NCBI GenBank assembly: GCA_965205605.1
Contig: CBDBHE010000007.1
Coordinates: forward strand, 160,001-224,000
Direction of reading: 5' to 3'
DNA length: 64,000 nucleotides
Origin: Spirochaetota bacterium
GTDB lineage: Bacteria; Spirochaetota; UBA12135; COTS27; CBDBHE01
The position numbers and the translations under genes were made by a program. Of this stretch, positions 47,138 through 57,486 are shown one piece after another. The notes under the pieces were generated by a model. The model was not told where the DNA came from, did no database searches, and saw only the letters and a list, made by a program, of their open reading frames with translations. Within the stretch, counting starts at the first letter, position 1. Every line of letters begins with the position of its first letter.

Positions 47138-50100
47138 TTAAAGTTCTTGTCTACGGCTTAAAGGCTCTTGATGATGTTTTTTAATGGGATGCACTTCTCC
47201 CAAAGGATTAACCTCAAATTTTTTAAAAACTTTAAAATGTTGTATCCCAATACCCTCCATAATACCTTTATTGACTTTGGGTTCTTTTCTAATTTGATTA
47301 AGAGCGATCTCTTCAAAGATATTTTCTTTTTGATTGGCTTCATACGATTTATTCTCATCATAAGGCTTACGATGAAGATGATACCCATCATGTCCTTTAA
47401 CACTAATAGCATTAGTACTAATATTAAAATCATTGTAATACATTCGATATAAATAAAGCTGTTTTTTTCCTTGTTCTTTTGTATCACCCATACGAGTAAA
47501 CTCAATTAAATCACCTCGATACAAGCTAAAAAAAAATGTATACCCTGCATCATCTGTTAACTCGATTTTTCTTTTTATTTCTTTTCGTGGCAGCTTAAGC
47601 TTAGAGACATCACTCATGTAAAGAGGAGCTGCAAAGTATTCGTTTTTTGAACTTGTATAAACATCGATTCGAAGCATTGTAGCTGTGGCATAGCGACCCA
47701 GTATCTTTTCTTTTCCACTTTTTTGGAGGCGTTTATCCCGTACCTCAAAGCGTGGTTTTTTTTGTGGAAGAGGAATGCGTATCGCGTAAATAAGTGTTTG
47801 TTTTTTACCAATTTTCACAAAGAGTCTATTATCTTGGATTTCATTTTTATCAATCCCTGGAGCTTTATTTCCTGTTTCATCTTTTTTTTTGGATTTTTTT
47901 TTTATTTCACCAAAAGATTTTTGAAATGCTTTTTTATCCGTGAGATTTATCGGATCAAACCCTCTTTCTTCAAGTCGCTCGAAAATCGCCTTATAAATTA
48001 AATACTGAGGATGTGTTTGATTGTATTTTTTTGACTCTTTTGTAAAATTTTCCCAAAAAGGTTTTGTTAAGTTTTTTATGTCTACACGATGCCAAACAAT
48101 TTTATTTTTGTACGAGTAAAGGGTTTCTTCGTGTACCTGCCCTCTTCGTCGTCTTCTAACAAAACGAGAAACAAAAATTTTCCTAACCTGATTAACAAGA
48201 TCTTTAGCAAAGGCATCCCAAGGAAGTAAAAACTCTTTTTTCTGCTCAGGAGTCAGTTTATTTAACTCACTCGCTTGATAAAAACGAGTAATCTTCTGTA
48301 CCATCGAAGGATTAGTCAATGCGACAATTGTTGCATCAATGGCATGGTGTTTGTCGCTGCCTTCTCGATTTTTAGTGATGGTTTCTATCTCTTCTTTAGT
48401 CGCACTAAGGCCAGCTTTACCAGCATCAGCAGCTTTTTTGAGAGATCCAATCCATCGTTTTCTTAGAAATCCTGTTACCTGTCCATTTGTAGTAAAAACA
48501 CGTTGTTTTTTTTTACCATTAAGCAAAGGTTCTTCATTATAAAGACATTTAAGATAGTTCATTACAAATCGAGCAATGTAACGTGTATCATTGATATTAC
48601 GTTCAAGAAAGCCCTCATTATTGTAATTTTCTCTAAGAAGGCGTTTAACTTTTACTTCTTTTATTTTATTATTTTTTTGAAACCCAAGGATAAAATTGCT
48701 AAATTTTTCCCAACGTTCTTTATCTTGCCCAAAATATTCATAAGGAATTCTATTGCCTTTATTTTGGTTTTCAGAAGTATAAGAAAGCACTTTATTGTTT
48801 AAACTGTCATCTTGACTGCGACTTAAAGGCAAGATGTGATCAATTTGAAAATTCTCAATATTATTTACAAACTCTTGGCTTTCAATTCTCTTCATCGAAT
48901 AAATACAATGTTGATCTTGCTGTTCTTTCCAGAAACGATATTTTAAAAGCTCTTCTCCTCTAGGCTGTCGCTGAAAAAGACTTTTAAAATTTTTAACAGC
49001 GTCTGCTTGAATCTCTCGAAACTTTTTTTGTCCCTCTTCGATTTTTTTTCTCTCAATAGCTCCCTTGCCAATCTCTCGTCCAGTTTCAATTTTAATAAAA
49101 TCTGGTCTACCATGTTTTTTGATGATCGCATTAACAACTTTACGAACCTGTGTCACTGATCGAAACGCTACTGGATTCATTGAGATAGCTTCGGCTTTAG
49201 GATCATTTTGATCGACAACTGGTAAATTGCCTTTTTTATCCAATTCCCAATCTTTCAAAATACCACCAGAAGAATACCCTGCTTTACGACATGCCTTTGT
49301 ATACACTTCACCTGCTTCAAGATGTGGCAAAATCTTTTTCATTGCCTTAAAAGAAAGATTTAAAACCTTATCAAAATCAAGTAGATTGGTTAACTTAATT
49401 AAATCTTTATCTTTAATACCCCTTTTAGAAAGTTCTTTTTCTACACTTATAGGATTTTTATAATAAGTGGCAACCTCGGCAAGTGTGTCTAAAGTTTTAA
49501 TATCAGTTTTTAAAGATTCCCAAATGATAGAAGGAATTTCTTCAGTAATAACATCTTTTATTTGCCAATAAGCAGGCATTTTAGCAAAAATTTCTTTTTT
49601 TTCATTTTTTTTTTCTACCTCTTTAAAAAGTAAATTTTGATCTAATTTTAATAATTTTCGAACTTCTGAATACTTAATTTCTTTTTTTTCATTTAAAAGA
49701 CAATTTTTAATCTTTTTTTTATCTTCTTTTGAAAATGATTTTTCTTCTTCAGGCGAATAGGCACTAAAACGAACATTATTCAACCTTTGATACAACGTTA
49801 TCAGTTCGGCTGTTGGAGAACTTTTAGGAGCTCTTTTTTCTTTTGGCTCATGCACACAATATCCAACCATGTTATAAATATCTTTCATGGGTGTTTGATG
49901 AAAAAAAATATCATTTACGTATTCTTTTTCAAAGGCATCACTTAAGATTTCTTTATTGCCAAAATCTCTTTGTTTGCTAAAAATGACTTCCAGTTCTTCT
50001 TTTAGAAGCTTTCGAAAAGGTGTTCGAGTATAGTGTCCTTTTTTATTGCGTTTAGCAAAACGATACGCCTCATCCTTATCAAAAAGATCGCCGAGTGTTT

Positions 50101-50623
50101 GATAATTTTTAATTTCGATGGATGCCTCTATTTTTTCACCCGCTTTTTTTATCTCACCTATTTCTTCCTTTTTTTCTTTAGGCTCATGTTTGCGATTTGA
50201 TAAAAATCCACGATGCTTAACAAAATAATAAAAAAGGACTATCAATTCTTTTTTACTAAGTTTTTCACTTAATGCTTTTACTCGGAGTTTCCATGGGTTG
50301 TCTTTTTTTTCGTCGTAAGATTCACGAAGTTCATCAAATAAAAAAGACTCTTTATCATTTAGGAAGCCATGTTTGATTAAAAGTTTTTTTGTTTTTTCAA
50401 GGCGTTGTCTTCGTCTCTTAAGTCGTCTACGAGCAAGACGTTTTTCTCGACGATTTTTATTGAGTGATTCTTTAGTTTTAGAGTCTTCGAGAGCTGGAAA
50501 ATGACGAACTCCCATATCAATGATGCTTTTATTATCTTGCTCATTTTTACCTTGCTCATTTATAAGACTCCAGCCGATAGAAGTAATCCCTAAATCCAAT
50601 CCTAAAATTTTTTTCGAATTCAT
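47138..50623 (-). CDS. cas9: Cas9, type II-C, 1161 aa, catalytic motifs intact
   Basis: LGLDLGITSIGW, Arg-rich bridge helix, IETGRE, IDHILP...NNKV...N..K (HNH), HHAIDA; no csn2 or cas4. Confidence 0.97.
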   Translation of the reverse strand: MNSKKILGLDLGITSIGWSLINEQGKNEQDNKSIIDMGVRHFPALEDSKTKESLNKNRREKRLARRRLKRRRQRLEKTKKLLIKHGFLNDKESFLFDELRESYDEKKDNPWKLRVKALSEKLSKKELIVLFYYFVKHRGFLSNRKHEPKEKKEEIGEIKKAGEKIEASIEIKNYQTLGDLFDKDEAYRFAKRNKKGHYTRTPFRKLLKEELEVIFSKQRDFGNKEILSDAFEKEYVNDIFFHQTPMKDIYNMVGYCVHEPKEKRAPKSSPTAELITLYQRLNNVRFSAYSPEEEKSFSKEDKKKIKNCLLNEKKEIKYSEVRKLLKLDQNLLFKEVEKKNEKKEIFAKMPAYWQIKDVITEEIPSIIWESLKTDIKTLDTLAEVATYYKNPISVEKELSKRGIKDKDLIKLTNLLDFDKVLNLSFKAMKKILPHLEAGEVYTKACRKAGYSSGGILKDWELDKKGNLPVVDQNDPKAEAISMNPVAFRSVTQVRKVVNAIIKKHGRPDFIKIETGREIGKGAIERKKIEEGQKKFREIQADAVKNFKSLFQRQPRGEELLKYRFWKEQQDQHCIYSMKRIESQEFVNNIENFQIDHILPLSRSQDDSLNNKVLSYTSENQNKGNRIPYEYFGQDKERWEKFSNFILGFQKNNKIKEVKVKRLLRENYNNEGFLERNINDTRYIARFVMNYLKCLYNEEPLLNGKKKQRVFTTNGQVTGFLRKRWIGSLKKAADAGKAGLSATKEEIETITKNREGSDKHHAIDATIVALTNPSMVQKITRFYQASELNKLTPEQKKEFLLPWDAFAKDLVNQVRKIFVSRFVRRRRRGQVHEETLYSYKNKIVWHRVDIKNLTKPFWENFTKESKKYNQTHPQYLIYKAIFERLEERGFDPINLTDKKAFQKSFGEIKKKSKKKDETGNKAPGIDKNEIQDNRLFVKIGKKQTLIYAIRIPLPQKKPRFEVRDKRLQKSGKEKILGRYATATMLRIDVYTSSKNEYFAAPLYMSDVSKLKLPRKEIKRKIELTDDAGYTFFFSLYRGDLIEFTRMGDTKEQGKKQLYLYRMYYNDFNISTNAISVKGHDGYHLHRKPYDENKSYEANQKENIFEEIALNQIRKEPKVNKGIMEGIGIQHFKVFKKFEVNPLGEVHPIKKHHQEPLSRRQEL

Positions 50624-50671
50624 TTTTTTTATATAAGTTTAATTTTTTTAAAGTAAATGTTACAATGTAAC

Positions 50672-50802
50672 CCTGTTAAGTGCTTGTGATAATTGTTAAA
50701 TTATTAATAAGCAAGGTATACCGTATCCTTATCCTTATCCTTTGGCAAAAGAGACCGGTGGCATGCCATTCTTGTGATGTCGTCTCTTCTGCCTTTTTTT
50801 TT
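50672..50802 (+). ncRNA. tracrRNA
   Basis: Anti-repeat CTGTTAAGTGCTTGTGAT (50673-50690) pairs with the first 18 nt of the repeat, with three G:U pairs. TGnTACAAT promoter at 50658-50666; 3' hairpin plus T9. Confidence 0.85.
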
Positions 50803-50968
50803 CAATTAAATTTTAAAAGACTTGGCAAAAAAAAAAGAAGTGAAAATAAACGAGTCTTGTTTATTTTCCAAGATTTTTTTTTGTTTATAAAAAGACAAAC
50901 TCATAAAGATTTTACAAATTTTTTTAAAGGTATGCTAGGGTTATTTAATATCATTATAAGGAAAGTCT

Positions 50969-51718
50969 GTGTTTAAAATCCCATTAAAAATTACAGATCA
51001 ATTTAAAAAGAATTATAATAAAATTAAAAAAATACTCGAAATGTATCTAGCTGAAGATAAAAATGAAGCCGATACCGTCAGAGTTGTGATTAGTATTTTG
51101 GTGGATATGTTGGGCTATGATAGATATAGTGAAATTACAGAAGAGCAAAGAACCAGTAGGGGGTATTGTGATTTAGCGATTAAACTTAACGATAAAATTA
51201 AATTACTTATTGAAGTCAAAGCTATTGGGGTAGACTTGAAAGAAGCTCATCTTAGACAAGCAGTGCAATATGGTGCAGAAGAAGAAATTAATTGGATCAT
51301 TCTTACAAATGGAAAAGACTGGCAAGTGTATAAGTTGCCAGGTAAAAAATCAATTGATCGGGAACTAGTGATGAATTTTTGTTTTTTAGATATCTCTTTA
51401 AAAAAAGAAGAAGATCAAGAAAAATTATTCATTCTTTCCAAAAGTGGTATCGAAAAAGGCCTCTTGAAAGAATTTAATGATTATTCTCAAGTCGTCAATA
51501 AATATTACATTGGAACGATTATTAGAAGTGATTCGTTTGTAAAAAGTATTGCTAGAGAATTTAAAAAATTTAGTATAAAAAATAAAATCGCAGATTCTAA
51601 AATAAAAAAAATCTTAGAAAATGAAGTTGTAAAAAGAGATATTATTGAAAGTAATAAAGGCCAAGAAGCCATTTCTAAATATAATAAAATCTTAAAAAAA
51701 AAGCTACTATCTATCTAG
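50969..51718 (+). CDS. stand-alone HsdR N-terminal (PD-(D/E)xK) domain protein
   Basis: NEADT, LGYD, CDLAI...LIEVKA, QAVQY, ILTNG..W; no helicase domain. Confidence 0.85.
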   Translation: MFKIPLKITDQFKKNYNKIKKILEMYLAEDKNEADTVRVVISILVDMLGYDRYSEITEEQRTSRGYCDLAIKLNDKIKLLIEVKAIGVDLKEAHLRQAVQYGAEEEINWIILTNGKDWQVYKLPGKKSIDRELVMNFCFLDISLKKEEDQEKLFILSKSGIEKGLLKEFNDYSQVVNKYYIGTIIRSDSFVKSIAREFKKFSIKNKIADSKIKKILENEVVKRDIIESNKGQEAISKYNKILKKKLLSI

Positions 51719-51941
51719 TAAGACGTTTTGTTTGAGTGTCTTTTCACTTAAACAAAGGTGATACTTAAAATTAATCTTTCTTAAATTAGGATTTTTTAGT
51801 TTAGGAAAGCTTGAAAAACACTAATTATTTTTTTTCATAAAATAGCTTAATGTCTTTAAAAGAAGTATAATTATTTGATACTTTTACAAAGAAGTGTTAA
51901 AAAAAATTACCTGATTATTTTTGTTAAAGATTTAATGATTA

Positions 51942-54900
51942 ATGATTGAAAAACTGATTTCTTGGTTTGAAAGTCGGCATTTACTGGTTAACTTTATCTT
52001 TATTGGTGTTATTATTAGTGGTTTAATTGCTTGGAATAAAATAGGGAAAGAAGAACTACCCAATGTTACTTTTGAAAATTTTCGCATTGGTGTTAGGTGG
52101 TCGGGAGCTTCTCCAGAGGACGTTGATCGGTTTATTATTATTCCCATTGAAAAAGAAATCAAGGGATTGGATGATATTGAATCAATAAAAAGTATTGCTC
52201 AATTAGGTTCTGCTTCTCTTAATTTATCGATTTCTGCTGACTCAGAAAAACTAGAAGATGTGGTGGAAGACATTAAAGAAGTTGTCAATAATGTTTCTTT
52301 ACCTTCCGATGTTGATGATCCAACATTTAGGCAATTTAAGACTTCAAAAAAAGCAGTAATAGATTTGTGGTTTTATTTTGAAGGAAAAAGTCTTCTCGAT
52401 GATGTGTCTAGGGAACAAGTTCAAAAACGGGCAAGGGCTTTAGAAAATCAGTTGATTTCTTTGCCTTCGGTTAGTGGTGTTAATCGATCGGGTTTTTTAC
52501 AAAAAAATGTATCTATTTGGTTAAACCCTGATAAACTGATAAAAAATGGAATTTCTATTTCCGAAGTTAGTAGTGCTATTAAGAAAAATCACAGCAGAAC
52601 TCCCGCAGGAACCATTCGTGCTGATTGGAACAGAAATGAGTTTACAGGTAAAGGAAAAAAACAAAAAGAAAACAGAAGAAATAAAAAGGAAAAAAGAGCT
52701 TTCCAAAGAGAGGATAACCATACCAAGTCGACCAAGTCGAAAAACATAAAAATTATTGAAAACACTAACTTTCGAGGAAAAAGAGAAATACGTAAAATTC
52801 GTAGGAAAAGTCCGGAAGCAAAAAATATAAAAGTCGTCATCAATGCTGAATTTCAAACCATTGACGAATTAAAAAATTTAGTCATTCGTTCAGATTTTGA
52901 GGGGAATTCAATTTTATTAAAAACGCTAGGGAGCGTTAAAAAAGGATTTGAAGAAAAAAAAAGTATTTTTAAAATGAACGGTTGTGAAGCAGTCCGAATG
53001 ACAATAACAAAAACTTCAAAGACAGGAATCATTGAAGCAGTAGAAGAAATTAAAAAAAAAGTAAAACAATTTAGAAAATCAAACTCCAAAGACAAGCCAA
53101 TTAAAATAGTCCTTGTCGATGACGAATCAAGGGATGTAAAAAATAGACTTTCATTAGTTATCTCTAATGGGGCTATAGGATTTGGATTAATTTTGATTTG
53201 TTTGCTTTTATTCTTAAATTGGAAAGCTGGATTTTGGGTAGCTATGGGACTACCTTTTTCTTTGTGTTTTACTTTATTTTTTACTTGGGTATTTGGTTAT
53301 TCTATTAACAATATTACTTTATCGGCAATTATTGTTGTTCTTGGGATGGTTGTAGACGATGCGATTGTTGTTTCTGAAAATATTGTCCGCTATGAGGAAA
53401 TGGGAATGAATAACAGGGAAGCATCAATAAAAGGTACCAAAGCTGTTTTTTTACCGATTTTTGCTAGTATTACAACCACTTGTGTTGCGTTTGTGCCTTT
53501 ATTTTTTTTTGGTGGAAGAATGGGAAAAATGGCGAGCTTTATGCCAATGGTTATTTTCCTAATGCTTTGTGGTAGTCTTTTTGAATCACTTTTTTTACTT
53601 CCTGCTCATATGTCCAATAAAATTCCAAAATGGAGCCTTGGGATTCTTTCTTTTGGTCTTTTACCGCTTGTTCAAACACTTATTGCTAAGAAAAAAAAAC
53701 AAAAATCTTCTCAATCAAAACATTGGTTTTTAAAAGTTGAAAAAAATTACGAAATATTTTTAATTCATTTACTTAATCAAAAAAAGTGGGTTGCTATAGG
53801 AGCGGTGATAATGACTCTTGTGACATTTTATCTTTTTGAAAATAAAATGAAATTTCAAATGTTTCCTCGAGAAGAAACCACTCAATTTCGCCTTTCTGGA
53901 CAAATCCCAACAGGAGCCAATAAAATAACCACTTCGAAGATGACTCAAAAAGTAGAAAACATTTTTAAGTCTTATTTGGGAAAAGAAGTCATTGCTTATG
54001 AAACAAGAATCGCCCAAAGTAGAAGAGGAAATGCTGCAAGAGACAATGCTTTTTCCATAAGAATCGAGATTACCCCCAAAGAAAAAAGAAAAAAATCATC
54101 TTCACAACTTAAAAAAGAATGGGAAGAAAAAATCGCTAAACTCGAAGGATTTGAAAAGATATCATTTTCTCGATCTTGGTTTGGAGCTTCTAGTGGAAAT
54201 CCTATAGAAATCTTAGTACAAGAAAATAATGACAATTTAAGAAAAGTATTAACTGAAGAACTTTATAAAAAGATGCTCGCCTACCCTCATTACACAAACT
54301 CAGAAATTGAAAGAGAACTCCTCGATCCAGAATTCACAGTAACCATCGATCGAAACATGGCTTCTCGCTTAGGCATTAGTCCTTCTTCAATTATTGAGTT
54401 GTTTAGAACTATTGTAAATGGCAGCACTTTATTTGAAATCCCTTCCGATGATGATGAAGATATTCCTTATATTTTGACAGTGAATCCAAAAGAAAAAAAT
54501 AACATAGAAAAAGTATTAAATATTCATATTAAAAACAATAGTCGTTACTTAGTGCCAATTAAACAAATGGTGCAAGTAAAAACCAATATGTCAGCAAATA
54601 CTTTGAACCGTATTAACTATAAACGCACTAGTGTCGTTTATGCCGATATTAATTCTAAAGGTGGAAAAACACCTGTAGAAACAGCAGAATATTTTGAAGA
54701 AAATGTTTTTCCAAAATTATTAAAAAAATACCCTTCTTCTGCATTGGTTTTTAAGGGAGAAGTCGAAGATACTAGAAAAGCCGGAAATGAATTTAAGTTT
54801 ACGATTTTAATCGTTATTGCCATGATCTATGTGATTTTAGCCTTACTGTTTAATTCTCTTTTTAAACCTTTAATTATTATGATCACGATTCCATTTGGTT

Positions 54901-55319
54901 TTGTAGGAGTAATTTTTGCCTTGTTAGCACATGGAAACACCGTTTTTGGGTTTTTTACCGTTATTGGAATATTGGGATTATCGGGAGTTGTCATCAATGA
55001 TGCCATTGTCATGTTGACTAAACTAGATGCACAATATGATCACTCTAACAAAGATTTAAAAAAAGTGCGCCTTCAAATTGCTTCGATTGGAAGCTCGAGA
55101 TTACGGGCTGTTTTATTAACAACTATCACAACAGTGGTCGGATTATTTCCAACAGCTTATGGCATCTTAGGATTTGATTCTTTGCTTTCGGATATGATGT
55201 TAGCGATGGCTTGGGGATTGTTGTTTGGAACCCTAATTACTTTAATTTTAATCCCATGTCTTTATTGTTTTATAAAAGAGTATCACTTATCTGTGAAAAA
55301 TTATTTTAAATTTCGCTAA
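51942..55319 (+). CDS. RND efflux permease (AcrB family)
   Basis: GASPEDV, LGMVVDDAIVVSEN, GVVINDAIV, RLRAVLLTTITT. Confidence 0.93.
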   Translation: MIEKLISWFESRHLLVNFIFIGVIISGLIAWNKIGKEELPNVTFENFRIGVRWSGASPEDVDRFIIIPIEKEIKGLDDIESIKSIAQLGSASLNLSISADSEKLEDVVEDIKEVVNNVSLPSDVDDPTFRQFKTSKKAVIDLWFYFEGKSLLDDVSREQVQKRARALENQLISLPSVSGVNRSGFLQKNVSIWLNPDKLIKNGISISEVSSAIKKNHSRTPAGTIRADWNRNEFTGKGKKQKENRRNKKEKRAFQREDNHTKSTKSKNIKIIENTNFRGKREIRKIRRKSPEAKNIKVVINAEFQTIDELKNLVIRSDFEGNSILLKTLGSVKKGFEEKKSIFKMNGCEAVRMTITKTSKTGIIEAVEEIKKKVKQFRKSNSKDKPIKIVLVDDESRDVKNRLSLVISNGAIGFGLILICLLLFLNWKAGFWVAMGLPFSLCFTLFFTWVFGYSINNITLSAIIVVLGMVVDDAIVVSENIVRYEEMGMNNREASIKGTKAVFLPIFASITTTCVAFVPLFFFGGRMGKMASFMPMVIFLMLCGSLFESLFLLPAHMSNKIPKWSLGILSFGLLPLVQTLIAKKKKQKSSQSKHWFLKVEKNYEIFLIHLLNQKKWVAIGAVIMTLVTFYLFENKMKFQMFPREETTQFRLSGQIPTGANKITTSKMTQKVENIFKSYLGKEVIAYETRIAQSRRGNAARDNAFSIRIEITPKEKRKKSSSQLKKEWEEKIAKLEGFEKISFSRSWFGASSGNPIEILVQENNDNLRKVLTEELYKKMLAYPHYTNSEIERELLDPEFTVTIDRNMASRLGISPSSIIELFRTIVNGSTLFEIPSDDDEDIPYILTVNPKEKNNIEKVLNIHIKNNSRYLVPIKQMVQVKTNMSANTLNRINYKRTSVVYADINSKGGKTPVETAEYFEENVFPKLLKKYPSSALVFKGEVEDTRKAGNEFKFTILIVIAMIYVILALLFNSLFKPLIIMITIPFGFVGVIFALLAHGNTVFGFFTVIGILGLSGVVINDAIVMLTKLDAQYDHSNKDLKKVRLQIASIGSSRLRAVLLTTITTVVGLFPTAYGILGFDSLLSDMMLAMAWGLLFGTLITLILIPCLYCFIKEYHLSVKNYFKFR

Positions 55320-55333
55320 AGACAAGACAAAAA

Positions 55334-56749
55334 ATGCGATTGTTCCTCTTAAGTTTATTTTTTTTGATCTTCTTTCTTCTGTCAGTTTTTTCTGAAAACA
55401 ATACCTCAGTAAACATCCCAAACCCTACCAATGGTTCAGTCTTAAATCTAAATGAATACATTCAATTAACAGCAAGCAATTCTTTTTTTGAAAAGTTTTT
55501 AATCGAAGAAATGAAAATCAAGTATCGTTTGATTTTAAAAATAGATCCTTCTGACTTTATTCTTTCTAGTAAAGGCGAATATATTCTTTCTTCTCCCAGA
55601 CCAGGGACTACTTATCAAAATAGTGAAATTGGAATTTCTTTAAGCAAACTGTTTTATCTTTCAGGAACAAAAGCTTCAATCGATTTAACTAAGGGACTTC
55701 CTTCGCTTTCATCAACGGAAAGTCATTCTAAAGCAAGTTTTCGAATATCACAGCCTATTATAAAAAATGCTTTTGGTAAAATTAATCAAGTCAAAAAACA
55801 AATTGCAGGAAGAGAAGTTGATATTGCTCGCTATCAAGTAGTAGAAGCTTATGAGGATTTTTTTTCTGCTCTAATAAAACAATATTACAATTGGTATTCT
55901 GCTAGTGAAGCATGGTTACTTGCAATTAGATCTTTAAAAGAAACCCAGTTAATATTAAAAACAATGAAGAAAAGATTTAAATTAAATGTCGCTGATAAAA
56001 GCGATATTAATAAACTTTTGTTGCAACAAGCCAATAAAAAAGCATCGATACTTCAAGCTAAAAATAGATATAACGAAATCAATTTTGAAATCCATAAAAT
56101 GTTGAGTCAAAAAAATAACAAGTCTTACTTTCCAAGTTTTGAAAATTTTGAACTTTATCAGGTGGAAAATCTAGAACTAGATAAAGATAATTTTTTAAAA
56201 AAAAGCAGAACCATTAAAATCTTAAAAAAATTAGAAAAAAATAGTGAAAACAGTCTTCTCATTGCAAAAAACAATCTTCTTCCTTCAACAGAGCTTTACA
56301 TGGCTTTTCAAACTTTAGGTGATGATTATTCTTTTTGGGGAAATGCTCAAAACATTCAAACAGGAGTTTCTTTAAATTGGCCCACTTGGAGCAAGCAAGA
56401 TAGAGCTAAAGAAAAAATCGCACAACTCAATCTGCAGCAAGTCAAACTCAATTCTTATAATACCAAACAAAATCTTAAAACTTCTTTAAGCAAATTAATA
56501 AGTGCCATAGAAACAAAAAAACAAATTATTATTCTTGAAAAAAATAAAGAACAATTAGCAAAAAGTGTCTTGATCGAAGAAGAAAAACTTTATCGACAAG
56601 GACGATCATCTATTAATGATTTACTTCAAGCGATTAACCAGCTCAATTCAATTCAATTTAACAATATTAATAGCCAAGTTGATCTCGAAATTTTAAAAAT
56701 TGAATGGCTACGAATCACCGATCAGTTAGTTTTAAAAAAAATTAATTAA
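55334..56749 (+). CDS. TolC-family outer-membrane factor
   Basis: Signal peptide; ISQPI, LLP..L, LY..GRS..DLL helical repeats; follows the RND gene. Confidence 0.8.
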   Translation: MRLFLLSLFFLIFFLLSVFSENNTSVNIPNPTNGSVLNLNEYIQLTASNSFFEKFLIEEMKIKYRLILKIDPSDFILSSKGEYILSSPRPGTTYQNSEIGISLSKLFYLSGTKASIDLTKGLPSLSSTESHSKASFRISQPIIKNAFGKINQVKKQIAGREVDIARYQVVEAYEDFFSALIKQYYNWYSASEAWLLAIRSLKETQLILKTMKKRFKLNVADKSDINKLLLQQANKKASILQAKNRYNEINFEIHKMLSQKNNKSYFPSFENFELYQVENLELDKDNFLKKSRTIKILKKLEKNSENSLLIAKNNLLPSTELYMAFQTLGDDYSFWGNAQNIQTGVSLNWPTWSKQDRAKEKIAQLNLQQVKLNSYNTKQNLKTSLSKLISAIETKKQIIILEKNKEQLAKSVLIEEEKLYRQGRSSINDLLQAINQLNSIQFNNINSQVDLEILKIEWLRITDQLVLKKIN

Positions 56750-57486
56750 TTAAATTGATTCGACGAAATACACTTAATCAAAAAAATAAAGATGATAGAG
56801 ATCAAACAAGCGATAAGCGTATTGCAACTATCAATGAGCTTAAGAAGGTTGTAGATAAGTTAAAAGAAAATTTTAAGATGATATATGAATACAAAAATTA
56901 CTTCATAGACGTGAATTCATACAAGCTTCTATTAAAAGAAGGAAGCATTTTTTTTGATACGGTATCTTTTTTTTAAAAACTAAAGTATCATGACGTTTTT
57001 TTTATTATAAAAGGACTAAAAGTCTTTTTCTTTAAAACAAGTCTCTTTTTTTCTAAGAAAACTTGATTATCTGTTAAGGCTTCTAACTTCATTTTTCGAC
57101 TAGATTTTTTTGATTTCAACTAAAATAGCAAAATTGGAGTCATTTTCTTTTAAATGATTATTTATTTTTTGAGTTAAATAGTATTGTCTAGTTTTGAGCT
57201 CGAGACTGGTTTTTGTATACTCACCCATTAGTAATTCTCCTTGTATCAGCTTCACTGGATTCTCTGCTTTGATAATATTCAATGTTGGATTCATATTTTT
57301 AAACTAGCGCTTTAAGCTTATTAAGTCTTTCATTATAGTTCTTTTGGAAGAAAAATAGTTTGAAGAAGTGAAGCAAAAAAACAACTCAATAAAGTAACCT
57401 TTGAAAATAATTTAATTTTTCTTCATTATATATCTAATATACCTAAAATTAATATTAATTTCCTAAGAAAACATCATTCCTATACT

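Noticed and set aside
50680-50976. 98-aa ORF upstream of cas9
   Set aside because: Overlaps the tracrRNA and its terminator; no recognisable motif.
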